Part shown: in pieces, positions 1 through 8,858 of the stretch
Layout of the letters: every line of letters starts with the position of its first letter
Numbering within the stretch: the stretch's first letter is position 1
From: Chloropicon primus
Taxonomy: Eukaryota
Length of the DNA: 64,000 nt
Assembly (NCBI GenBank): GCA_023205875.1
Contig: CP060755.1
Coordinates: forward strand, 1 to 64,000
Direction of reading: 5' to 3'
Program-made: the position numbers and the translations under genes
The notes under the pieces: model-generated
Database searches by the model: none
Seen by the model: only the letters and a program-made list of their open reading frames with translations
What the model was told of the DNA's origin: nothing

Positions 1-364
1 AAACCTAAACCTCCTAAAACCTAAAACCTAAACCTAAAAACCTAAAAACCTAAAACCTAAAACCTAAAACCTAAAACCTAAAACCTAAAACCCAAAACCT
101 AAAACCTAAAACCTAAAACCTAAAACCTAAAACCTAAAACCTAAAACCTAAAACCTAAAACCTAAAACCTAAAACCTAAAACCTAAAACCTAAAACCTAA
201 ACCTAAAACCTAAAACCTAAAACCTAAAACCTAAAACCTAAAACCTAAAACCTAAACCTAAAACCTAAAACCTAAAACCTAAAACCTAAAACCTAAAACC
301 TAAAACCTAAAACCTAAAACCTAAAACCTAAAACCTAAAACCTAAAACCTAAAACCTAAAACCT
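1..364 (-). repeat. Telomere, (TTTTAGG)n on the minus strand / (CCTAAAA)n on the plus strand
   Basis: About 50 tandem AAAACCT units starting at base 1, with occasional AAACCT, AAAAACCT and CCCAAAA variants. The C-rich strand is at the 5' end, as expected for a left chromosome end. Confidence 0.97.
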
Positions 365-600
365 GGGCCTAAGGCCTAAAGCCTAAGGCCTGGGCCTGGG
401 CCTGCCTAAGGCCTGGGCCTAAGGCCTGGGCCTGGGCCTGGGCCTGGGCCTGGGCCTGGGCCTGGGCCTGGGCCAAGGCCTAAGGCCTAAGGCCTAAGGC
501 CTGCCTAAGGCCTAAAACCTAAAACCTAAAAACCTAAAACCTAAAACCTAACAACCTAACAACCTAACAACCTAACAACCTACAAACCTACAAACCTAAG
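365..600. repeat. Telomere-proximal variant repeat zone
   Basis: Mixed CCTGGG and CCTAAGG units (8 tandem CCTGGG at 425-472), then a second CCTAAAA tract at 511-546, CCTAACAA x4 at 547-578 and CCTACAAA x2 at 579-594. Confidence 0.9.
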
Positions 601-899
601 GAAGGACGACCTGGCCAAGGAAAGGAGCAGGAGAACAAAAGAAGCCTAAGAGAAAGACACCGTCGCATCATCCAAGCTTGCCGTGGTGCCTCCGAGTCAC
701 CGCGTTTCCTAATGCCTTGGGAGTCCTAAAACCTAACGCCTAAAAGGCCCTCTCGTGGGTCCGAAGTGCCTTGAGTAGGGTTTGCCCGAGGAAGGAAGGA
801 AGGACGACCTGGCCAAGGAAAGGAGCCGGAGAACAAAAGAAGCCTAAGAGAAAGACACCGTCGCATCATCCAACCTTTCCGTGGTGCCTCCCAGCCACC
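598..899 (+). repeat. Subtelomeric direct repeat of about 104 bp (598-701 and 796-899)
   Basis: Both copies begin AAGGAAGGACGACCTGGCCAAGGAAAGGAGC and differ at about 5 positions by eye. Offset is 198 bp. Confidence 0.9.
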
Positions 900-2230
900 T
901 CATGTTTTCCTTCTAGTATAGGTTTTAAGTGTGATCTGGGTTTTAGTCGGCCCTAAACCAGGTCGCATAAGACGACGGATTCCAGCAGAAGAGTGGATCA
1001 GGGTAAGGTTTACGATTGGACCTCGTTATTCTCTGGTGCCCTAGATTGCACTCCACCCGGAACAGGTCTCTCCATCACGGACTCCATTCACATAACATCA
1101 TCATCATCCATGGAGGTCTGTGGTTTGGGTTTTAGTGGTCCGACAGATGGACCTGTACAGGTTCGACGACGACGGAAACATACACCATATTAGAGGAGTA
1201 TTCAAATATAAAATACAAGCCCCTTCTGACAAAGTTTTACAGCCATCGGACACGAACTGGATCCGTCACTCCACTATTCGTGCCAAAAAGTAGGCCCCAA
1301 AATGGACAATAATAGCTACAGAATCATATCATACACACCTACATTACACAATCAACTCAGCATGAACCAAACCAAGAGGATCCAAGCCACGAACAACTAC
1401 CCACAGACACCTCTCCTCGCCTTCCCTCCTCTCCCACACTCCAGCATTGCCCCAAGAACACCTCACCTCTCCCACCCCTCGACGCCGGTGCCCGGACCCG
1501 AGCACACATCATCTCGCCCCTCCTCCCACTCATTGTCATGGTCCATGACTCATGGAGCAAGGCGACTGAGATCAACGCATTCCAATAACCCCAATTGGGC
1601 CCCCACAGACCCAAACACACCTCAAAATCAATCATCTGCCTCTCCGCTGGACCTCCATTAGCCCCTCCACAGGCCCTCCATCAGCTCCCCATGAGGTTCT
1701 CCAAGCCTAATCAGAAGATGCCACCAAAGTCCACCGATGAACCCAACACACAGAAGCATTCCAACACTAACATAACAACCCAAGATCACCTCCTCTCCTC
1801 CCCTCTCCCCTCCCTTCTCCTCTCCGCCATCACCCAGCAGGCTGAGCTGGGGCGTGATGATTCACCATGCATTGTGTCATTTTAATCCCCGGTATTTGGT
1901 ATCTCCCCGCAAGACGGGAAATCTATTAGTGGCGGCCCAAATCCCTCATTCAAAGACCCGAGAAAGAGAGAAAGAGAAAGAGAGAGAGAGAGAGTACGAC
2001 GACGACGACGACGACGACGACGACGTGACGTTGCGCGCGCCGGGGCCGAGGGACGAACCTCTATCACCCAACAACACACGCACACATATACACACAATAC
2101 TCAACTCAATTATACTCGACTTACATTGATAAAACCCGACCCACCCACAACGACAACACCACGACCACGACGCAAGGGAAGGAACACCAATCAAATCAAA
2201 TCAAATCAAAAACACAAAAACAAAACCACC

Positions 2231-3091
2231 ATGGCCTTCTTCTTGTGGAGGAGCTTGAGGAGCAAGTTCACGACGGACGGGGTCGCGCGGCTGGCGTCGT
2301 GCGGGGCGCTCGCGACGACGGCCTTCGTGGGACTCAGCGAGGACAACGTCGCGGTGGCGGACGAGGCGGAGCACGGACTTCACTCCGCCCAGTACCCGTG
2401 GCCGCACAACGGCGTGTTTAGCTCCTACGACCACGCCAGCATAAGGAGGGGGCACCAGGTGTACCAGCAGGTGTGCGCGGCGTGCCACTCGGTCGCGCTC
2501 CTGCATTACCGCGACCTGGTGGGCGTGTGCTACACGGAGGACGAGGTGAAGGAGATGGCCGAGGAGAACGAGGTCGTGGACGGGCCGGACGACACGGGCG
2601 AGATGTTCGACAGGCCCGCCAAGCTGAGCGACCCGTTGCCGAGGCCCTACCCGAACGAGGAGGGGGCGAGGTACGCCAACGGCGGGGCTTACCCACCGGA
2701 CCTGTCGCTGATCACCAAGGCCAGGCACGACGGCGAGAACTACGTGTTCAGCCTGCTCCTGGGCTACAGGGACCCGCCTGCGGGGGTGACGGTGAGGGAG
2801 GGGCTCTATTACAACCCCTACTTCCCCGGCGGAGCCATCGCGATGCCCAAGATGCTTGCCGACGGTGGCGTGGAGTATGACGACGGGACGCCGGCCACCG
2901 AGTCTCAGATGGCCAAGGACGTGACCACCTTCCTGGCCTGGGCCGCGGAGCCGGAGCACGACGATAGGAAGCTCATGGGAGTGAAGTGGATCTTCGTCCT
3001 CTCCCTGGTGCTCATGCAGGCGGTGTACTACAAGAGGCTCAGGTTCGCGCCACTCAAGAGTAGGAAGATAATCGTTGACGCGGTGAACTAG
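2231..3091 (+). CDS. CYC1: Mitochondrial cytochrome c1 (complex III) precursor
   Basis: ATG at 2231, presequence, [22 protein letters not shown] with CxxCH heme motif, [19 protein letters not shown], and a C-terminal TM anchor. Confidence 0.97.
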   Translation: MAFFLWRSLRSKFTTDGVARLASCGALATTAFVGLSEDNVAVADEAEHGLHSAQYPWPHNGVFSSYDHASIRRGHQVYQQVCAACHSVALLHYRDLVGVCYTEDEVKEMAEENEVVDGPDDTGEMFDRPAKLSDPLPRPYPNEEGARYANGGAYPPDLSLITKARHDGENYVFSLLLGYRDPPAGVTVREGLYYNPYFPGGAIAMPKMLADGGVEYDDGTPATESQMAKDVTTFLAWAAEPEHDDRKLMGVKWIFVLSLVLMQAVYYKRLRFAPLKSRKIIVDAVN

Positions 3092-3216
3092 GAGAGACGA
3101 CGAGACGAGGGGTATATAGTTTAGATTTAGTATACAACAACAAAAGCATTCTTGAAGAAAAAAAAGGCAACGGGACAGTCCTGCCTCCCCATCCCCTCTT
3201 CATGCCCTGCTCCGAG

Positions 3217-5235
3217 CTAGCAGCCCGCGCAGTCCCACAGAATGATGGCCCCGCTGTCGTCCGCGGAGATGATTTTGTGCTCGGACAGGAACTTGACGCA
3301 GACGACGGCGCCGCAGTGGCCCTCGAGGGTCGCCCTGAGGTTCCCTTGCGCCGTGCCCCACACCCTGAGAACCCTGTCCGCCCCGCCCGTGACCACCAAG
3401 GCGTTGCTCGGGGAGAGGCTCAGGCAGGTGGCCTCCTGGGTGTGAGCCTGCACGGAGAACACCGTCTCGGTGTTGGCCAGGTTCCACGTGGTCAGGTACT
3501 TGTCGCTCCCCGCGCTCACCAGCAGCTGCTCGTCCGGCCTGGTGATGCACAAGCCGTTCAGCCTACTGGCCTCCATTACGAAGAAGACCCCGCTGATGTT
3601 CTTGGCCCAGTTGTAGTACTTGCACTTGGTGTCCTTGCTGATGGTCACGACGACTTGCCCCTGCTGGATGAGCTCGCACCCCGTCACGGCGCTCACGTGG
3701 TCCTTCCGGGACGAGACCAGCCTCCTGGTCCCAAAGTCCCACACCTTGACCTCGCCGTGGGAGGACCCGGAGGCCATGATGACCCCGTCGCACGTCACGG
3801 ACGTCACGACGGCGTCCTTGTGGGCCTGGTCCACCTGCCACTCGCTCTTGAGGCTCAGGCCGCCTTGGGGGGTCTCCTGGATCGAAAACAGCTGGATGTT
3901 CCCGTCGCTCTTCCCGCAAAGCAGGGTGGGCCCGTCGGGCCCGGGAAGCTGGACCATGGAAGTCACCACCTTGATCACCTTGCTGTCCTCGCTCCTCTGC
4001 CCCAGGAGGTTCCCCATCGTCTTCGGGCCGTTGTACCCCAGGTTCAGCTTCAGCCTCATCTTGCAGTCCGAGTCCCACGCGCAGATGTTGCCCTTGGTGT
4101 CCGAGGAGAACCAGTACTCGTTGCCCGCGGCGGTGGCCGCGGTGGTCGTGAGGCAGGTGATCGCGCACGAGTGGTTCTCCTCGAGCTTGGCGACCTCGCT
4201 GGCGACCCACCTGCCTCCTGAGGCCGTGCAGGTCACGCCCCAGATCGTGCAGTCGTGGGTGGAGACGAACATGTGCACCTCGGAACCAGAGGACGCGCCC
4301 AAGGCGATGGACACGATGCCCGACTCCACCTGCACGAGCTTGTTGCTGGCCCCCGCCCGGCAGTCGAAGGCGTAGACGTGCTGGTCCTCGCTGCCTATGA
4401 GGATCAAGTCGGTCTGGGGGACCGCCACCATGGTGTTGATCCTCCCCTTGGACACCGGGAAGACGTGCTTCAGGATGACGGACTTGTACGTGTAGCACAG
4501 GACGTCCCCGGAGGTCGTGCCGCAGAAGAAGAGGTCCTGGCTCCCCATGTGGGTGTCAAAGACGCAGCAAGTGCAGTGCCTCTTGAGGGACCCGGCGTTG
4601 CACTCCACGGGGGCGGAGAGGGAGCCCGTGTACGGGTTCACGGTCCAGACAAAGACCCCGCTGTTGCCGCAGGTCACGAAGACGTAGCTCCCAGTCCTCT
4701 CGTCCAGGCTCCCACGCCAGCTCACGCTCTCGAAGCTGCGGCCTTTCAGCGAAGCGTTGCACACGTAGTTCGAAGTGCTGGTGTCCCAGATGTATATCCT
4801 GTCATCCTTGGTGCTCCCCATGGACGCCAGCAGCTTCCCGTCGTGGCTGAAGGCGAGGTCCTGGACTCCAAAGTCGTGCACGCACAGCACGCTCCTCTTC
4901 TTCAGGTTGACCGCGTCCCACAAGATGACGTCGGTGTGCTTCCCCAGCTGGGAGGAGGCGAGGCAAGCGCCGTTCGGAGATATCGCGACGCAGTTGACCA
5001 CGTCCGTGTGGCCCTGAAGTAAGGTCGTGTCTTTGAGTTCCCCTCCGTGGACGCAGCGGATTCCGTTTCCGATGGGGTGGAAGAAGGTCCCTTTCGCGAC
5101 CGGGTCCGTCACAAGGTGTCCCGTGCTCGATATTCCCAAGACCATCTCCAGCTTTCCTGGGCCTTGTTGGTCTCCTGCAGATTGGGCAGGCCCCCTTTCC
5201 TCTTGGGAGAGTGTCGTATTCGTAGTCTCTGTCAT
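3217..5235 (-). CDS. WD40-repeat protein, CFAP52/WDR16-like (axonemal)
   Basis: 672-aa ORF with many WD repeats. LQGHTDVVNCVAISPNG..ASSQ, DVILWD, LKRHCTC..FFCGTTSGDV and GHCGAVVCVKF..IISADDSGAIILWD resemble CFAP52. Confidence 0.7.
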   Translation of the reverse strand: MTETTNTTLSQEERGPAQSAGDQQGPGKLEMVLGISSTGHLVTDPVAKGTFFHPIGNGIRCVHGGELKDTTLLQGHTDVVNCVAISPNGACLASSQLGKHTDVILWDAVNLKKRSVLCVHDFGVQDLAFSHDGKLLASMGSTKDDRIYIWDTSTSNYVCNASLKGRSFESVSWRGSLDERTGSYVFVTCGNSGVFVWTVNPYTGSLSAPVECNAGSLKRHCTCCVFDTHMGSQDLFFCGTTSGDVLCYTYKSVILKHVFPVSKGRINTMVAVPQTDLILIGSEDQHVYAFDCRAGASNKLVQVESGIVSIALGASSGSEVHMFVSTHDCTIWGVTCTASGGRWVASEVAKLEENHSCAITCLTTTAATAAGNEYWFSSDTKGNICAWDSDCKMRLKLNLGYNGPKTMGNLLGQRSEDSKVIKVVTSMVQLPGPDGPTLLCGKSDGNIQLFSIQETPQGGLSLKSEWQVDQAHKDAVVTSVTCDGVIMASGSSHGEVKVWDFGTRRLVSSRKDHVSAVTGCELIQQGQVVVTISKDTKCKYYNWAKNISGVFFVMEASRLNGLCITRPDEQLLVSAGSDKYLTTWNLANTETVFSVQAHTQEATCLSLSPSNALVVTGGADRVLRVWGTAQGNLRATLEGHCGAVVCVKFLSEHKIISADDSGAIILWDCAGC

Positions 5236-5356
5236 CTTTTCCTGCTCGCTTGCGTTGCTTTAGGGAGGTCCAGCTTTGGGGGTTCGCGGTGGTGGTGGTG
5301 TTTTGCTCAGGTGAGGTCTATGTCTATGTATGTCCTCCTCCTCCTCCTGTGTGTGT

Positions 5357-5441
5357 GATGATGATGATGATGATGATGATGATGTTGATGATGATGGTGT
5401 TGAGGGTTGGGGGTTGAGGGTTGAGGGTTGAGGGTTGATGG
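5357..5441 (+). repeat. (GAT)n microsatellite followed by a (TTGAGGG)-like heptamer array
   Basis: GATGAT run at about 5357-5395, then TTGAGGG TTGGGGG TTGAGGG TTGAGGG TTGAGGG TTGATGG at 5400-5441. Confidence 0.85.
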
Positions 5442-5793
5442 TGTTAGGTGTTGTGTAAGGGGCTCGGCCAAGAGTCTCCCTCCCCTGCTGATGGTGGTGG
5501 TTTCCCTTCGTTCTTCTTTTCCTTCTCTTCTCTTCTCTTCTCTTCTCTGAGGGTTCTAGTCTTGGAAGGAGAAGGTTTTAAATTCCGACATTATTTCCAA
5601 CCAAGATTTCCCCGTCGTACAAAACCAAGGCGGGACAGAACCAGAATCAGAATCGAGACACACACAAAGGCGGAAGGAGGAGGAGGAGGAAACCATCGTG
5701 GCGTGGCGTGGACCCGATCACGAAGCATGAGGGGGAGAGGGGAGGAGGAGGGGACTGAATGATTGGGCGTGTCGCTATTACTTCAAAAATAAA

Positions 5794-7395
5794 TTACAAG
5801 TTGAGCGCGCTGTCAAAGTTCGTGCTGACGGACTCCTTCAGGTCGTACGCGTCGTCTACATTAATTTGGTACTTGGCAACCTCTGGGTTGAACTCTGGAG
5901 TCTCCACAAAGGTGATGAAAAGATGGGAAATTCTCCTCCGCAGGCCGGTGAGAGTCTTCGGGTTCCTGCCCCGGCTCAGAAGGTCCGCCTCCCTGTCGAT
6001 AAGGTCGACGATCTCCCGAGTCAGGTTGCAGTCAAACTCCTTGACGGTCCACTTCACGTGCAGCAACACGTCGAGCCGCTCCTCTGTGGTGAGAATGGGG
6101 ACCTGCAAACCGAAGTAGAGCTGCTGCAGCTCGATCGCCCTGGTGGTGTAAGGCGTGTGCACCTCGATGACATGGCCGTCCTTGAGGTTCCACCTCTTGG
6201 GCAAGCTCATCTTGGACAGCACCTTGTTGATGTTCTCGTCGGCGTTCTCCTTCTGGGCGAGGACCTTGAGCCTGTCGATGGTCTGCAGCAGCTTGGTCTC
6301 CTTGAAAAGAAGCTTCTGCAAGGCCTTCTGCTTCTCCTCCTTGGTCATGCCCGAGTTCTTGATCTTCAGGGTCTCCTGGGTGTTCCAAGTCTCCAACTCC
6401 TCGTGCAAGATCTTGAAGTCGCTCTTCTTCTTTGGCCTCATCCTCCTCTCGATGTTGTACCTCCTGTCCGCCTCCTCCTTCTCGACCTTGGCGAGCCTCT
6501 GCTCTTCCGCGAACTTGTCGTGCTCCTCCTTCTTCTTCCTCAGCTCATTCACCTTCTTCCTGGCGATGTACATCCTCAAATTCCTCTGGATCATCACAGT
6601 GCTCGCAAGCACCTTGGAGGCGTGCTCCTCGCTCGTGACGTACGTCCCCGGGACGAGGACCTTGTCCTTTGTGTCGTCCAGCAAGAGCCCATTGCGCTCC
6701 ATCTGGGTGCCGCACTCCCTGGAGCTCTGCACCGTGTGCGTGGCCATGATGAAGGTCTGCGTTTCCCTCGTCAGACGCCTGTCCGGGTCCTCCATCCGCC
6801 TGCGCCTCTCTGTGTTCGTTGATGCGTGGTGGTACACCAAGCCGTCCCTCTTGTCCCTGTATCCACCAAGGTATGGCTTCTGGGTCTTCTTGCTCACGTC
6901 AATGGCCACGTGGACCAGCTTGATGGGCTTCCCCGGCCCCTGGACCACCTCCACGTCAATGGTCTCCGGGAGCTTCCCCGCCACAATCGCAGCCTTCTCC
7001 TTGGCGATGTGGCTCGAGTAGTCCAGCACGAGGTCAAAGTCAGCGTCCGCGTCGGCCTCGAGGCCCAATGCGGAAAGGGGCTGGTCGTCGGGGATAATCT
7101 TCCCCTCATAAAAGACAACTATCGCGCCAATAGATATCCGGAGGTCCTTGCTCAGTAGGGCTTTCACCTCGGAGCCCCTGGACTCGATGGAGATGGACAC
7201 CCTGTGCTTGAAATTCTCGGGCTTGATGGTGAAAGTCGCCCTGACTTCCTCCACCCCCTGTCCCTGCGGCGCCACGGCAGTCACCACGACAACTTCGTCC
7301 TGGGGCTCCGGCTCCTGTGCTTCCGACTCCTGCGCTTCCGGCTCCACGGCCTCGGGCTGCGGAGCCTCCTCCTCCTTGGGCTCTTCCGTGGACAT
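5794..7395 (-). CDS. IQUB: IQ and ubiquitin-like domain protein (IQUB/FAP253, radial spoke)
   Basis: ATG at 7395, ubiquitin-like region, KPYLGGYR..G.VYHHA, IQ motif (MIQRNLRMYIARK), and ERLDVLLHVKWTVKEFDCNLTREIVDLIDREADLL..R..PEFNPE. Confidence 0.92.
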   Translation of the reverse strand: MSTEEPKEEEAPQPEAVEPEAQESEAQEPEPQDEVVVVTAVAPQGQGVEEVRATFTIKPENFKHRVSISIESRGSEVKALLSKDLRISIGAIVVFYEGKIIPDDQPLSALGLEADADADFDLVLDYSSHIAKEKAAIVAGKLPETIDVEVVQGPGKPIKLVHVAIDVSKKTQKPYLGGYRDKRDGLVYHHASTNTERRRRMEDPDRRLTRETQTFIMATHTVQSSRECGTQMERNGLLLDDTKDKVLVPGTYVTSEEHASKVLASTVMIQRNLRMYIARKKVNELRKKKEEHDKFAEEQRLAKVEKEEADRRYNIERRMRPKKKSDFKILHEELETWNTQETLKIKNSGMTKEEKQKALQKLLFKETKLLQTIDRLKVLAQKENADENINKVLSKMSLPKRWNLKDGHVIEVHTPYTTRAIELQQLYFGLQVPILTTEERLDVLLHVKWTVKEFDCNLTREIVDLIDREADLLSRGRNPKTLTGLRRRISHLFITFVETPEFNPEVAKYQINVDDAYDLKESVSTNFDSALNL

Positions 7396-8858
7396 TTCTA
7401 CCAAGGAAAGTCCTCTTGTTTGTCTCTCTCTCGTGTGTTCTGTGTCTGGTCCCTAATGCGAGTGCAGTCAAAAGTCTTTCCCTGTCTTATTTTGTACCAT
7501 AGCTAGCTCGGTCGTCCTCGCCGTATGTGTATGTGTGTTGTGTTTGGTTGTGTTCCAGGGTCGTAGGGTGTGTGCCGTCCCCCCCTGTCTTGGCTCTTTC
7601 CTCCCCTAAAGCCCCCTTGTCCTTGTCCTGTCCGTTGTCTTCGTTCTTTCTCTTTCTCTTTCTTGTCGTGTGGGTTGAATAAGGCATTCAAACCACAACC
7701 CCACGTCTTCCCCCAAGGTCAACACCGGACCAAATCGAGCGTACAGGGAGGACAGTGTCAGAATGGGAGAAAAAAGTGTACACAAACCCAACCCCACCAC
7801 ACACAACCCAAGGAGCAGAGCGCCAAGGAGCAGAGCGGCATAGGGGGAGAGAGGAGGAGGAGGGCAATTGTACAATCCTCTCCTCTCCCCTCCCCTCCCT
7901 TTGCTTTCTTTTTTTACCCGCCAAGCCAAGAACATGAAGAAACTACTAAAGTCCTTGGGGGGAACCCAAGACGCGCGCGCGCTCGCCACGTTGATCCACC
8001 TCTTTTGCCCCTTCGTCGATCTCCTTTCCCGCCTCGTCGGTGTTCTCGGTGTTGAAAAGGCCTTTAATAGGGGCCCCGTCTTCGTCTCTTCGTCTCTTCG
8101 TCTCTTCGTCTCTTCGTCTCCTTGTCGTGTCTGCCTCCCCTCGTGTCTCTCCTCTCCTCTCCTCCTTGGAAAAACTTAAGGTTTTAGGATATCTTGGCCT
8201 TGGCCTTGTTAGTTGTTGGCTTGTGGGTTGCGTACGTAGGCCTAGGAGGGAGGGAAAGGATACTACACAGTATCCGCGGCAACACACACAAGCCAAAGGG
8301 CGGGACACACACACACACCCACTCACTCACACTCACACACACTCACACACACATACTTGAGGAGGAACGAACAACAACAACAGGGAAGAACGTCCGCTAA
8401 CCAAACCAACACGGGGGACGGGCGGTGGCTCAAGTATTGGTTCGCCTGGGTTCGAGGAGGCGACACCCAAGGAAAAGATCCAAAACACCCCGCTTGCCGA
8501 GAGAAAGAAAGAAACCAAAGAGGGGGACGAGAACGCACCGGATGCTCGGGAGTTTCGGGTGAAAAGAGCTCTTACGTGACGAGAGAAAGCTCTCTTCAGA
8601 GTGGAACGCCCCCGGTGGCCCTTGCGAGAGAGATCCCTCTGGTGTTTCCGGGACCCAAGGCGATACCCTTCGAGGCGGTTGGCCTCTCGTGGATTGTGTC
8701 GTCGCACTTGCCTCCGGTTATTTTTTGTTGTTTGAGCGACAAGGCGAAGCGGCCACGGTCCTCCCCCTGCTCTCGCGATGGGACTTTCGTCAAACCAGAG
8801 AGGCTAGTGACGTGCGAGTCCAGCTGAACCTGCGGAGAAACAAGAAAAAGCGATAGAG

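Noticed and set aside
771..1885. Short ORFs in the subtelomere
   Set aside because: They lack host codon bias, show no recognisable motifs and overlap repeats. No transposase or reverse transcriptase signature.
8179..8188. CCTAAAACCT (about 1.4 telomere repeats) on the minus strand as a telomerase RNA template
   Set aside because: A T5 run follows within 5 nt and would terminate Pol III, no USE/TATA promoter is recognisable, and the flanks are microsatellite-like.
8418..8470. tRNA-like A-box and B-box words (TGGCTCAAGT..GG, GGTTCGA)
   Set aside because: The spacing is too short and no cloverleaf or acceptor stem can be drawn.
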